A DNA stretch of 62,135 nucleotides from Verrucomicrobiota bacterium (GTDB lineage Bacteria > Verrucomicrobiota > Verrucomicrobiia > Limisphaerales > DSYF01), in assembly GCA_041181065.1 (NCBI GenBank), contig JBEGQI010000116.1, positions 1 to 62,135 on the forward strand. The letters run 5' to 3'. The stretch's first letter is position 1. Every line of letters starts with the position of its first letter. Below the pieces are notes generated by a model. It was not told the DNA's origin and ran no database searches. It worked only from the letters and a program-made list of their open reading frames with translations. Positions 1-9,931 of this stretch are shown one piece after another. A program made the position numbers and the translations under genes.

Positions 1-136
1 TGACGAGTTGAATCCGCCGCTCAAGATAAGGGGCTACGCCCGCCTTCCACCAGAACCTTGAGTGGAAGCAAAACAACAAACCGAAACCACCGGAAACCAT
101 CTCATCTAAAGTGGTATGACCGTTGGGGGCCAATCA
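1..136 (+). mobile_element. Right end of a probable IS3-family (IS407-like) insertion sequence, truncated by window start
   Basis: Ends CTCATCTAAAGTGGTATGACCGTTGGGGGCCAATCA (terminal CA after a G run), preceded by GGGCTACGCCC, both resembling IS3/IS407 right ends as I recall them; A-rich composition switches to high-GC3 coding sequence at 137. Confidence 0.65.
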
Positions 137-831
137 CCGGCTTCAACCAGAGTTTCCGCAGCTTGATTCCGGAGAGCGTTGCGGGTCTTGTGGCAGGAAC
201 AGAATTTGAGACGGCAGCAGTCGGATTCGATCAATCGCTGCCCACCGGGACTTGGTTCGGCATCGAGGCGGAGTGGCTGACATCCAGCGGCGATCGCTCC
301 GTCGGCACGCTCACGAATTCCATCCCGTTCATCCCGCTGCCCGATTCGCCGGGGAGCACGCGCCAAACGCTCGACTTCCGCGAGCGCAATCTGTCCGTTT
401 ACGCCGCGCAGTTGCTGGGCGACAACTTCTCGCTCAGCGCGCGCTATCGCTTGAGTGAAGCGGAATTGACCGGGCGCTTTCCTGAACTGCCCGACACCAC
501 GATCAACTTGAATCTGCTCGAGCAAGACCAGCGGGCGTTGCTGCATCAGGTTTCGCTGACGGCGAATTACCATCATCGCAGCGGCGTGTTCGCGCAGTGG
601 GAATCGGTCTGGTATCGGCAAAGCAACTCTGGTTACACGCCGGCACTCGCGGACGAAAGCTTCTGGCAGCACAACGTCATGCTCGGCTACCGCTTCCCGC
701 GTCGTCAGGCCGAAGTGCGCGTGGGGTTGTTGAATCTGACTGATGAAGATTACCGGTTGAATCCGCTGAACCTCCACGCTGATCTCCCTCGCGGCCGCAC
801 GGTCGCGGTGAGTTTGCGGCTGAACTTCTAA
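137..831 (+). pseudogene. 3' part of a TonB-dependent receptor-like outer-membrane beta-barrel gene, interrupted by the IS
   Basis: Amphipathic beta strands, LLNLTDEDY motif and C-terminal ...VSLRLNF (terminal Phe); the first 26 codons of ORF 58..831 come from the IS end. Confidence 0.65.
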
Positions 832-1589
832 CGCCCGCCGCGCCGTTGGGCGAGTAGCCACTCGTAGAACTTCGGGTTGTTGTAAGTCTCCGTCCACGAG
901 TTGTGCTCGGCTTCGGGATAGACGGTGAGCTTCACGTTCTGGTGTCCCACACGCGTCTTGAGGAAGCTGACCATGCGCTCGGATTCGACCAGTGGCACGA
1001 CCGGGTCCTTCGCGCCGTGAAACGCCCAAATCGGCAGCGCGCGCAACGCGGCTTCGTGCTCCGGCCCGGCCAGCACCATGTCGATGAGGTTGCCGCCGCC
1101 GCAGATCGGCGCGATGGCCGCGAATTTCTCCGGGTATTTCACGCCCAAACTCCACGTGCCGAACCCGCCCATGCTCAGGCCGGTCACGTAGATGCGGTTC
1201 GTGTCCACGGCATGCTGCGCGGTGACATGCGCCAGCAACTGCATCAACGCATCGGCGTCCCAACGCTGGTTCTCCGGGCATTGCGGCGCGACGATGATGA
1301 ACGGGAAGTTCGTGCCGCGCTTCACGAGGCTCATCGGGCCGTGGATGGCGACGCGTTGCACATCGGTGCCGCGCTCGCCGGCGCCGTGCAGGAAGAGCAT
1401 CAACGGCTGGCGCTCACCCGGCTTCGCTGCGGTTTCCGGCGGCAGATAGAGCAAATACTTCAACTCGCCGCCGCGCTGGCTTTGCCAATTGAAACTGCTG
1501 GCGGTGACGGGCGGGTTCGTGGATTGGGCTTGGGCGTGCATGGTGAAACAGAAGGCGAGTGCCGCCAGGATCGGGGTTGGCGTTTTCAT
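828..1589 (-). CDS. Secreted alpha/beta hydrolase (predicted peptidase / carboxylesterase)
   Basis: Signal peptide from MKTPTP, FLHGAGERG, nucleophile GLSMGG, FHGAKD, EAEHNSW. Confidence 0.85.
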   Translation of the reverse strand: MKTPTPILAALAFCFTMHAQAQSTNPPVTASSFNWQSQRGGELKYLLYLPPETAAKPGERQPLMLFLHGAGERGTDVQRVAIHGPMSLVKRGTNFPFIIVAPQCPENQRWDADALMQLLAHVTAQHAVDTNRIYVTGLSMGGFGTWSLGVKYPEKFAAIAPICGGGNLIDMVLAGPEHEAALRALPIWAFHGAKDPVVPLVESERMVSFLKTRVGHQNVKLTVYPEAEHNSWTETYNNPKFYEWLLAQRRGGR

Positions 1590-1630
1590 GGGAACTTTCA
1601 GACCGCTGCGCGACAAAATGCCGCGCTGAG

Positions 1631-2602
1631 TCACATCATCTTCAACTTCGGCAAATCTTGCGAATCCACCAAGCCGACAGGTTGCCCCTTCGCGTTCACG
1701 ACGATCAAGTCGTCGATGTTGCGCTCGTTGAAGATCTTCAACGCCTCGACCGCCAGCGCGGTGTCGCGCACGGTGATCGGCTTCGGCGTCATCACGGATT
1801 TGAGCGGGCGGCTAAGCAGATCGTTGTCGGCGGACATGCGGCGGCGGAAATCGCCGTCGGTGAAGACGCCGGCCAGCTTCCCGCGTTTGTCCACGACCGC
1901 GAGGCTGCCGGACTTGGCCTTGGTCATGACGAAGAGCGCCTCCTTCACCGTGAGCGATTCAGGCGCCACGGCATTGCGATCGCCGCTGCGCATGATCTCG
2001 CCGACGCGCAACAGCAGCGCGCGGCCGATCGCGCCGCTCGGATGATACTTGGCGTAATCGCTCTGCTTGAAGCCGCGCGCCTGCAACACCGCCATCGCCA
2101 GCGCGTCGCCCATCACGAGCGTGGCCGTCGTGCTGGCCGTGGGCGCGAGGTTGAACGGGCACGCCTCCTTCGGCACGCGGACGTTCAGGACCACGTCGCT
2201 GTGCTTGGCGAGCGACGACTTCACGACGCCGGTCAGGGAAATGATTTTGACGGAGAACCGTTTGATGGCCGGAAGCAGGTTCAACAATTCCTCGGACTCG
2301 CCGGAGTAACTGAGTGCAAGGATCACGTCGCCGTCGCTGATGATGCCGAGGTCGCCATGCAACGCGTCCACGCTGTCGAGAACGACGCTGGTGGAGCCGG
2401 TGCTGGTGAGTGTGGCGGCGATCTTGCGTCCGACGGCACCGGATTTGCCGATGCCGACGACGACGACCTTGCCGCGATTGCGAAGGGCGCTGGCAACGAT
2501 CTCCACGGCGTTCTCGAATTGCTCGTCGAGCTGCGCGCGGACGGCGCGGACGGCGGCGAGTTCGATGTCGAAGACTTCGCGAGCTTTGGCAACGTGGCTC
2601 AT
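1631..2602 (-). CDS. kdsD: Arabinose-5-phosphate isomerase (KpsF/GutQ family, SIS + CBS)
   Basis: GIGKSG, ALHGDLG, SYSGES, EACPFNLAPTASTT, HPSGAIG and a C-terminal CBS pair. Confidence 0.93.
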   Translation of the reverse strand: MSHVAKAREVFDIELAAVRAVRAQLDEQFENAVEIVASALRNRGKVVVVGIGKSGAVGRKIAATLTSTGSTSVVLDSVDALHGDLGIISDGDVILALSYSGESEELLNLLPAIKRFSVKIISLTGVVKSSLAKHSDVVLNVRVPKEACPFNLAPTASTTATLVMGDALAMAVLQARGFKQSDYAKYHPSGAIGRALLLRVGEIMRSGDRNAVAPESLTVKEALFVMTKAKSGSLAVVDKRGKLAGVFTDGDFRRRMSADNDLLSRPLKSVMTPKPITVRDTALAVEALKIFNERNIDDLIVVNAKGQPVGLVDSQDLPKLKMM

Positions 2603-2608
2603 GGGGCG

Positions 2609-2637
2609 AGGATGTTGCGAAGGCGCGGCGAATTCAA
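2609..2637 (-). promoter_or_regulatory. Sigma70-like promoter giving a probably leaderless kdsD transcript
   Basis: TTGAAT-N17-CATCCT, 6 nt before the ATG. Confidence 0.45.
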
Positions 2638-2685
2638 CCGCAGATTAACCATGCGACGCCTGCTGGCTGGCAAGCTTAGCGCCCG

Positions 2686-3747
2686 TTACTCCGCGTTCGG
2701 ATACGAGCCGAGCACTTTCACAAAGCTGCAATGCTGCTTGAGTTGATCGATGGCCTTGGCGACGCGCGCGTCGGTCTGGTGGCCGTCGCAATCGACGAAG
2801 AAGTAGTATTCCCAAGCCTTCCGCTTGCTCGGACGCGACTCAATCTTCGTCATGTTTATGCGGTAACGACGAAACGGAGCGAGCGAGCGATGCAGCGCGC
2901 CCACCGCATCCTTGATGCTGAACATCAGGCTGGTGCGGTCATTGCCAGTGGCGGGCGGGCATTTACGGCCCAACACGAGGAAGCGCGTGGCGTTGGCGGA
3001 GTTGTCCTGGATGTCCTGTTCCAGCACGGTCAGGCCATATTGCGCGGCGGCCAGTGCGCCGCCGATGGCGCCGGCTTTTTTATCGTTCGCCGCAAGTTCA
3101 GCGGAGCGGGCGTTGGATGAAGTCTCGATGATTTCGGCTTGCGGAAACTTCTTGCTGATCCAGATGCGGCATTGCGCGAGGGATTGCGGATGGACGTAAA
3201 GTTTCTGGATGTGCTCGCGCGTGACGCGGCTCATCAGGCATTGCTGGATAGGCAGGACGATCTGCGCGACGACCTTGAGTTCGCTGTCGGCGAACATGTC
3301 GAGCGTGTGGGTGACGACGCCCTCGGTGGAATTTTCCACAGGGACCACGCCATATTCCGCGCGCCCACGGCCGACGTCAGCGAAAACGTCTGCGATGGTT
3401 TTTTGCGATGAGTAGGTGAGGCTGGAGCCAAATTTCTTGATGGCTGCCTGATGCGTGAACGTCGCTTCCGGCCCGAGATACGCGATGGTCATGCTCTTCT
3501 CGACGGAGAGCGCGCTCGACATGATCTCGCGGTAGATGGCGCGGATGGAGTCGTTCGTGATGGGGCCATCGTTGAGCTTGCAGACGCGGCTGAAGACGGC
3601 GAGCTCGCGGTGCGGCGCGTAGATCTCCTCGCCGTTCTTGCGCTTCAAGTGGCCAATTTCGAGGACGTGCTTGGTCCGCTCGTTGAGCAAACGGACAATC
3701 TGGGCGTCGAGCGCGTCAATGGCTTTGCGATGTTCGGGGATGTTCAC
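2686..3747 (-). CDS. pheA: Chorismate mutase / prephenate dehydratase
   Basis: N-terminal CM domain, YLGPEATF, PVENSTEG, TRFLVLG, ACT domain INMTKIESRP. Confidence 0.96.
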   Translation of the reverse strand: MNIPEHRKAIDALDAQIVRLLNERTKHVLEIGHLKRKNGEEIYAPHRELAVFSRVCKLNDGPITNDSIRAIYREIMSSALSVEKSMTIAYLGPEATFTHQAAIKKFGSSLTYSSQKTIADVFADVGRGRAEYGVVPVENSTEGVVTHTLDMFADSELKVVAQIVLPIQQCLMSRVTREHIQKLYVHPQSLAQCRIWISKKFPQAEIIETSSNARSAELAANDKKAGAIGGALAAAQYGLTVLEQDIQDNSANATRFLVLGRKCPPATGNDRTSLMFSIKDAVGALHRSLAPFRRYRINMTKIESRPSKRKAWEYYFFVDCDGHQTDARVAKAIDQLKQHCSFVKVLGSYPNAE

Positions 3748-3764
3748 GCGGCGTGCAAAACGGG

Positions 3765-4478
3765 TTAAGCGGGCGGCGGATTTTCGGCCGGAGGTTCAGC
3801 GGGCTGCGCTTCGGGAGCGGCGGCTTCCGCAGGATTCTTGTCGAGCGCGAGTTGCTCCGGCGGCACGGTGGCCAAGCCGGCTTCCGCAGTGGTTAGCGGC
3901 GGCTTTTCGATTGGCAGGCGGCGCAGCTCATCGGCGGCGGGCAGATCTTCCAATGCGCGCAGACCGAAGTATTCGAGGAACAGCGGCGTCGTGGCGTAAA
4001 GCGCCGGACGACCGACGACTTCCGCACGGCCCACTTGCTCAACGATGCCGCGTTCAAGGAGCGTCTGCATCACGCCATCCACGGCGACGCCGCGCACTTG
4101 CTCGATCTCAGCACGCGTCAACGGCTGGCGATAGGCGATGATGGCGAGCGTTTCAAGGGCCGGCTGCGAGAGCCGCGGCGGACGGGCCTTGTGGCCGACG
4201 AGCGCCTTGAGCCAGGGAGCGTAATCAGGTTGCGAGACGAATTGCCACGCGCCGGCGACGCATGCGAGCCGGTAGCTGCGCGCGGCTTGCTCGTGCTCAA
4301 TCGCAAGCTGTTGGAGCGCGGCTTCGAGTTCCGCTTCCTTTACCTTGCGTAGGGAACGAACGGATTCGTCGCCTTCGGCGTGTTCCGTCGCGCCAGCGAA
4401 GACGTCGCGCAGTTCGCGCGTCGAGAGCGGTTTCTGCGCGGCGAACAGCAGCGCTTCGAGAATGAATTTCAACTCCAT
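3765..4478 (-). CDS. scpB: SMC-Scp complex subunit ScpB
   Basis: LEALLFA, LSQPALETLAIIAYRQP, RAEIEQVRGV, GRP..Y.TT..FLEYFGL; start taken at MELKFI. Confidence 0.95.
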   Translation of the reverse strand: MELKFILEALLFAAQKPLSTRELRDVFAGATEHAEGDESVRSLRKVKEAELEAALQQLAIEHEQAARSYRLACVAGAWQFVSQPDYAPWLKALVGHKARPPRLSQPALETLAIIAYRQPLTRAEIEQVRGVAVDGVMQTLLERGIVEQVGRAEVVGRPALYATTPLFLEYFGLRALEDLPAADELRRLPIEKPPLTTAEAGLATVPPEQLALDKNPAEAAAPEAQPAEPPAENPPPA

Positions 4479-4480
4479 CG

Positions 4481-5284
4481 TTAAGCGGTTTGAGTGCTGG
4501 CCTGGTCGAGTTCCCAAGCCTTGTTGTCAGCATTCGGCTCCATCACCGGACCGGCATTGGTCTGGAGGCCGCGGCCCAATTCGATGTCGCCGAACTCCTC
4601 GGGCTGCAGCGCAACGAGGACTTTGAGCCGGATCAATTCCAACATGGCGAGAAAGGTCACCACGACCTCCGTGCGGCTGGTGGCATCGGCGAACAACTCG
4701 GAAAACTTGATGCTGGGCGCGGCGGAAATGCGGCGGCGCAACAATTCGATCTTCTCGCTGACGGAATATTTGTCCTCGAAGATGTCGCGCAGATCTTCCT
4801 TTTCGGAGAAGCGCTTGAGGATATTGCTGACAGCATTGACGAGATCGAAGATGGACGCCTCGGTCTTGGCCGCGGGGTCACGTTCGAATTCAAGCTTGGG
4901 CGGCAGGCGCGGGAAGATGCCTTCCTGGCGCAGTTCCAGTTCCTGCAACTTCGCAGCGGCGTCCTTGAACTTCTTGTATTCGACCAGCTGACGGATGAGT
5001 TCCCAGCGCGGATCTTCGCCGTCTTCTTCGCCTTCAGCCTCGACTTGTTGCTCCTTCGGCAGAAGTTCGCGGCTCTTGATATACATCAACGTGGCGGCCA
5101 TGACGAGGAACTCGCCGGCAACCTCGAGATCCAGCAGGCGCATGGTCTCGATATATTCGATGAACTTGGATGCGAGCTGGGTGAGGTTGACCTCGTAAAT
5201 GTCAACCTCCTCCTTCTTGATGAGATAAAGAAGGAGGTCGAGCGGACCCTCAAAAACTTCAAATTGGACTTTGTATTCGGGCAT
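4481..5284 (-). CDS. scpA: Segregation and condensation protein ScpA
   Basis: FEGPLDLLLYLI, EFLVMAATL..IKSR.LLP, VVTFLAMLELIR. Confidence 0.95.
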   Translation of the reverse strand: MPEYKVQFEVFEGPLDLLLYLIKKEEVDIYEVNLTQLASKFIEYIETMRLLDLEVAGEFLVMAATLMYIKSRELLPKEQQVEAEGEEDGEDPRWELIRQLVEYKKFKDAAAKLQELELRQEGIFPRLPPKLEFERDPAAKTEASIFDLVNAVSNILKRFSEKEDLRDIFEDKYSVSEKIELLRRRISAAPSIKFSELFADATSRTEVVVTFLAMLELIRLKVLVALQPEEFGDIELGRGLQTNAGPVMEPNADNKAWELDQASTQTA

Positions 5285-5314
5285 CAGCGTCCGGTCTGGT
5301 TTACGGGACCGCAG

Positions 5315-5343
5315 ATGCTAAGCAGGGGGCGTCGGGGTTGCAA
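5315..5343 (-). promoter_or_regulatory. Sigma70-like promoter of scpA-scpB-pheA
   Basis: TTGCAA-N17-TAGCAT. Confidence 0.55.
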
Positions 5344-5396
5344 TGTTGGAAGGATACCCGGCTGGCGAGTCCCCAATTCATGTGGTGACTGACATG

Positions 5397-5424
5397 TTGA
5401 CATAGCCGGGGCGAGGGCTACCAT
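5397..5424 (+). promoter_or_regulatory. Sigma70-like promoter upstream of a candidate sRNA
   Basis: TTGACA-N16-TACCAT. Confidence 0.6.
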
Positions 5425-5430
5425 GGTCAC

Positions 5431-5508
5431 AGTTCGAGTGGTAGCACGTTTCTTCAGCGGGGTTCCCCACCCCCACCTCCTTGGCGTCTGCCACTCGAAC
5501 CCTTTTTT
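5431..5508 (+). ncRNA. Candidate ~78 nt hairpin sRNA
   Basis: Starts about 7 nt after a near-consensus promoter; GTTCGAGTGGTAG (5432-5444) pairs with CTGCCACTCGAAC (5488-5500); ends in T6; C-rich loop contains CACCTCCTT. Confidence 0.5.
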
Positions 5509-5524
5509 CCAGCCGCCGTGGGGC

Positions 5525-5553
5525 TTGACGCTCTGCTGGCGGCTGACTACTGT
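5525..5553 (+). promoter_or_regulatory. Sigma70-like promoter of tRNA-Asp
   Basis: TTGACG-N17-TACTGT followed by a GC-rich discriminator. Confidence 0.65.
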
Positions 5554-5566
5554 TTGCGCCCCTTGC

Positions 5567-5643
5567 GGGGGTGTAGCTCAATTGGTTAGAGCGCTGCCCT
5601 GTCACGGCAGAGGTTACGGGTTCGAGCCCCGCCACTCCCGCCA
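5567..5643 (+). tRNA. tRNA-Asp (GTC)
   Basis: Cloverleaf: acceptor GGGGGTG/CACTCCC, anticodon arm CTGCC-CTGTCAC-GGCAG, T-loop TTCGAGC, discriminator G, encoded CCA. Confidence 0.97.
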
Positions 5644-5694
5644 CTTTCCCGCAATGTGTGAACACGGCCATCGGCGGCAACTTTCTGCCTTGAA

Positions 5695-7289
5695 TTAGTT
5701 GCCCGTTCTGGCCGATGGGAAATTTGTCCCCCTCAACGGCTGCCAGCTCCCGTTTCCTTCATCAAGGTATCGCACCCCGTTTACCTCGGTATATTTTAAG
5801 CGCTGTTGCCAATGCCCCCCGGACAAGTCCCGCTTGGCTTCCAAGCAACCGGGCTTTTCACCAGCCAATGGAAGCTTTGCATCCACCAGCGATTCACTCA
5901 ACACCCGTCCGTCGAGGGGCTGCGGAGGAGTGATACCCATCAACCAAAGCAGCGTGGGGGCTACGTCCACATTTCCAGAGGCGAGTGTGGAAACCAAACC
6001 GGACCGGAAATCGGGGCCTGACGCGACGGCGGTGTTATGCAAATCGGTCGGGCTGAGCGTAACGTGCATGCCACTGCCAGGCTGGTAGTCGTTGTAGCCA
6101 TCATTGAAGATAGCAACTTGAGGATGGGTAGAAGACAAAACCGACATCTTCCAGGCTGAAGCGACCAATACATCCGGAGCGGTCGAGGAATTCAACATGG
6201 CCGCGGAAAGCGGAAAGGTTCCTGGCAAACCGTCGCGCGTAAAGATCACGCCCGAAGGTTTGCGCTGTTGCAACGCTCGCACGACTCTTTCAACGACAAG
6301 CGGCGGTCTGCCTACAATGTAAAGAAGCACAGAGCCACCATTGCCCACCACCACCACATCGCCATTTTGCGGCGGGACCTTCCATACCGATTGCGCGTTA
6401 AGCCCCATCCCAAGCAGTTCCTTGGTCACCGACTCATTCTCACCAATCGTTGAAAACCCATGGTCCGAGACCACTACGATGTCCGTCTCCGCCCGAATTC
6501 CGCGCCGGTCCAGTTCCCGCAGCAACGTTGCGAGCCGCGCATCACTGCCCTTGATGGCTGCCAGCGCTTCAGGCGAACCGGGCCCGTGCTGATGCTGCGA
6601 AGCGTCGGGCTCGCTCAGCCAGAGCACCGAGTAGCGTGGAACGACATTGGCCCAAAACTCCTCCGTCAAGCACCGCACCGCCCACTGGTCACGCCCCGTG
6701 TTTGGTGATGCCGCCACCGGAAACGAACCGAGTCGGTTCGTCAGCACGGGTAACAAGGTTTCAGGCAATGCGCCCGTCGCGAACCACACCGGATTCGCCG
6801 ACGACGAACGCTCCCGCCGGTCGTGTAGCAGCGCAACCGGTTTGGACCCTACGACCGCTGTCTGCTGACCGTTGGACTGCACCAGTTCCGCAACGGTAGG
6901 CACGCCAAGATACTTGCCACCGGACAATTCATCTCCCCGCCGCACAACGGATAACGCCTCGGCGCCCACAAAGCTGAGCGGCGAAATTTCAGGGCGGTAT
7001 TCTTTGTTGGCCATCACGCCACTTCGACGGGGGAAAACGCCGGTGGCCAGCACGGTGCCATTCACCTCGGTCGCTGTGGGAAAACGCTGTGATGATTGGC
7101 GAACCAAACTCCATTGCTGCGCAGCGAGCACAACGTCGGCGTCAGTTCCGGCGAGACAAAATCCGGCCGCATGCCATCCCAGACGACGAGCACGAAATAC
7201 TTTGCGCGTCCGACAGCTTGAACCGAAGCCGGGGCTGCGAACGTGAAGAACAGGAGAAACGCGCTGACAAGGACAGAATTAAGCTGCAT
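5695..7289 (-). pseudogene. Alkaline phosphatase superfamily (nucleotide pyrophosphatase/phosphodiesterase) gene with a frameshift near 7077-7085
   Basis: ORF 7062..7289 carries the signal peptide, VVWDGMRPD and FANHHSVFP; the frame of 5695..7131 continues TATEVNG...EPDASQH...SDHGF; adding one base joins them. Confidence 0.85.
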
Positions 7290-7367
7290 TGCGCGTTGTG
7301 ATGCCGATTACCACGACAAAAGTAAAGCCCGGGGCAGTGACAGATCCATGGCCCCTTGCAGAAGAAT

Positions 7368-7396
7368 TTGCCGCGCGCGTCCGGCAGCCCTAAAAT
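7368..7396 (+). promoter_or_regulatory. Sigma70-like promoter of rmlA
   Basis: TTGCCG-N17-TAAAAT, 11 nt before the ATG. Confidence 0.55.
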
Positions 7397-7407
7397 CACG
7401 GCAATCT

Positions 7408-8292
7408 ATGAAAGGCATCATCCTCGCCGGTGGCGCAGGCACGCGATTGCATCCGCTTACCCAGGCGGTCAGCAAGCAGTTGCTGCCCGTATATGACAAG
7501 CCGATGATTTACTACCCGATGAGCGTGCTGATGCTCGCAGGCTTGCGCGAAGTGCTCATCATTTCAACACCGCACGACCTGCCGCAATTCCGCCGTCTGT
7601 TCGGGACTGGGGCGCAGCTTGGAATGAAGATTCAATATGCCGAACAACCGCGCCCGGAAGGCCTCGCACAAGCCTTCCACATCGGGCGCGAGTTTCTCGC
7701 GGGCGAGCCTGCCTGCTTGATTCTGGGCGACAATCTCTTCTACGGCACCGGCTTTACCCCCACGCTGCAACGGCTCTCCCAGCTGCAAAAGGGCGCGACG
7801 GTTTTTGCATATTATGTGCGCGACCCGGAGCGATTCGGCGTGGTTGAATTCGATGCGAAGACCGGCAAGGCCATCTCGATGGAGGAGAAACCCCAGAAGC
7901 CGAAGACAAATTTCGCCGTGCCGGGGCTCTACTTTTACGATGCGAAGGTTTGCGAGTTCGCGGCCGGACTAAAACCGGGCGCGCGCGGCGAACTGGAAAT
8001 CACCGATCTCAACCGCATCTACCTCGAACGCGGCGAACTGCAGGTTGAGAAGCTCGGGCGCGGGTTTGCGTGGCTCGATACCGGCACGCACCGCAGTCTG
8101 ATTGAGGCGGCAAATTTCATCGAGGCCATCGAGGAGCGACAAGGCCTAAAGATCGCGTGCCTCGAAGAGATCGCGTGGGAGAACAACTGGATTGACGACG
8201 CGCAAATCGAACGCACGGCCCAAGAAATGGGGAAAAGCAACTACGGGAATTACCTCAGGTTCCTGCTGCAGTCACGCGGCGAGGGCCGCTGA
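7408..8292 (+). CDS. rmlA: Glucose-1-phosphate thymidylyltransferase
   Basis: [53 protein letters not shown]. Confidence 0.97.
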   Translation: MKGIILAGGAGTRLHPLTQAVSKQLLPVYDKPMIYYPMSVLMLAGLREVLIISTPHDLPQFRRLFGTGAQLGMKIQYAEQPRPEGLAQAFHIGREFLAGEPACLILGDNLFYGTGFTPTLQRLSQLQKGATVFAYYVRDPERFGVVEFDAKTGKAISMEEKPQKPKTNFAVPGLYFYDAKVCEFAAGLKPGARGELEITDLNRIYLERGELQVEKLGRGFAWLDTGTHRSLIEAANFIEAIEERQGLKIACLEEIAWENNWIDDAQIERTAQEMGKSNYGNYLRFLLQSRGEGR

Positions 8293-8343
8293 CCGCCTCA
8301 ATTCTTACTGGCGCTCGGCGCGGGTTGCGATTTACTGACCACA

Positions 8344-9369
8344 ATGAATCTTCTCGTCACAGGCGGCGCCGGCTTCATCGGCTCCAATCTAATCCGACAT
8401 ATTCTCGGGCAGCCGGAGACCAAAGCCGTGGTGAATCTCGACTGCCTTACCTACGCGGGACATCCGGAAAACATCACCGACTTCGCAAGAAATCCACAAT
8501 ACCGATTTGAGCGCGTGGACCTGCGCGATAAAGCCGCCGTCCGCAGTGTCGTTCAAAAACACAAGATCACGCATGTTCTGCACCTCGCGGCGGAAAGTCA
8601 CGTGGACCGCTCAATCGAAGGGCCGGGTGATTTCATCCAGACGAACATTGTCGGCACGTTCAATCTGCTTGAAGCTTGTCGCGAAGCCTGGCTGGGGGCG
8701 CCGGGCGCCGACGGCAAGTTCCGCTTCCATCACGTTTCCACGGACGAAGTTTACGGCTCGCTCGGCCCGACCGGATATTTCGTCGAATCGACCCCCTATG
8801 CGCCAAATTCGCCTTACTCGGCGAGCAAGGCTTCAAGCGACATGCTGGTGCGTGCCTATCATCACACTTATGGCTTGCCGGCGGTTATCACCAATTGCTC
8901 GAACAACTACGGCCCATATCAATTCCCGGAAAAACTTATCCCGGTCGTCATCCAGAGTGTGCTGGCGCGCAAACCGATTCCGGTCTACGGCGATGGGATG
9001 AACGTGCGTGACTGGCTTTACGTCGGGGACCACGTGGCCGCGTTGTGGCGCGTTTTGAACACCGGCAAGAACGGAGAAACCTACAATATTGGCGGTAACA
9101 ACGAATGGCCAAACATTCGCATCGTGGAGTTGATTTGTGATTTGGTGGATGAGCTGGCGCCAAAGCTCGGCGGGAATTCCCGCGCGTTGATCACCTTTGT
9201 GAAAGACCGGCCGGGCCATGACCGCCGATACGCCATCGATGCTTCCAAGTTGGCGAAGGAATTGGGCTGGCTGCCGGCTTATACTTTCGAGCGCGGCATC
9301 CGTGAAACGGTGCAGTGGTATTTGAACAATCAGGCCTGGGTGCAGACTGTCTTGCAGCCACGTGGCTAG
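8344..9369 (+). CDS. rmlB: dTDP-glucose 4,6-dehydratase
   Basis: [41 protein letters not shown]. Confidence 0.97.
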   Translation: MNLLVTGGAGFIGSNLIRHILGQPETKAVVNLDCLTYAGHPENITDFARNPQYRFERVDLRDKAAVRSVVQKHKITHVLHLAAESHVDRSIEGPGDFIQTNIVGTFNLLEACREAWLGAPGADGKFRFHHVSTDEVYGSLGPTGYFVESTPYAPNSPYSASKASSDMLVRAYHHTYGLPAVITNCSNNYGPYQFPEKLIPVVIQSVLARKPIPVYGDGMNVRDWLYVGDHVAALWRVLNTGKNGETYNIGGNNEWPNIRIVELICDLVDELAPKLGGNSRALITFVKDRPGHDRRYAIDASKLAKELGWLPAYTFERGIRETVQWYLNNQAWVQTVLQPRG

Positions 9370-9379
9370 CGCTCCCAAC

Positions 9380-9931
9380 TCAGTGAACCTTCAGCCGGTA
9401 ATAGCGTGATTTAAGCGTCGCGCTCTGCACATCCTGATATTCCGTCCACGAGTAAGCGGTGGCGACACCTGTCTGCCAGATGGTTGTCCAGTTCTTCATA
9501 TCGGTGGAGGCTTGAAGTTCATACCATTTTCCGGGCGCGGCAGGGAATTGGACACGTTTCAGGCTCGTGGCATTGGTTCCTGTCACAAGTTTTATCGGCA
9601 CACGCAACGTAATCCCCACTTCAACAGACGGTGTGCTCTCCACGCCGGCTGCATTATATGCGGTGACTGAAAACCCGTAGTGCAATCCCTCCTTCAAGCC
9701 GCCAACCGGAGCGCGCGTGTTGGGTCCCACATCCACACGAGTCCTATTCGTGGCATTTTCCTCCCGCACGTAAACACAGTAGCCGGTCACAGTTGAGTCA
9801 GAGCTGGACCGCCACGCCAGCGTGACTGTCTGCTCCGCCAGACAAGCGCTGGTGATGAAAAATACCAGCGTCGCGCACCATAATGCGAGCGAGCCTGATT
9901 TTCTGGTTCGACTAAGTTTGTTCAAATCCAC
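9380..9931 (-). CDS. Secreted fibronectin type III domain protein with C-terminal W...W...YYRL module
   Basis: Signal peptide; FN3 pattern VTLAW...GY.VY...GLKEG..Y.FSVTAYN..G.ES; tail YELQASTDMKNW...SRYYRL. Confidence 0.75.
   Translation of the reverse strand: MDLNKLSRTRKSGSLALWCATLVFFITSACLAEQTVTLAWRSSSDSTVTGYCVYVREENATNRTRVDVGPNTRAPVGGLKEGLHYGFSVTAYNAAGVESTPSVEVGITLRVPIKLVTGTNATSLKRVQFPAAPGKWYELQASTDMKNWTTIWQTGVATAYSWTEYQDVQSATLKSRYYRLKVH

Noticed and set aside
58-136. True N-terminus for ORF 58..831
   Set aside because: TTG start inside the IS-like end, no signal peptide, and the product is too short for a complete barrel.
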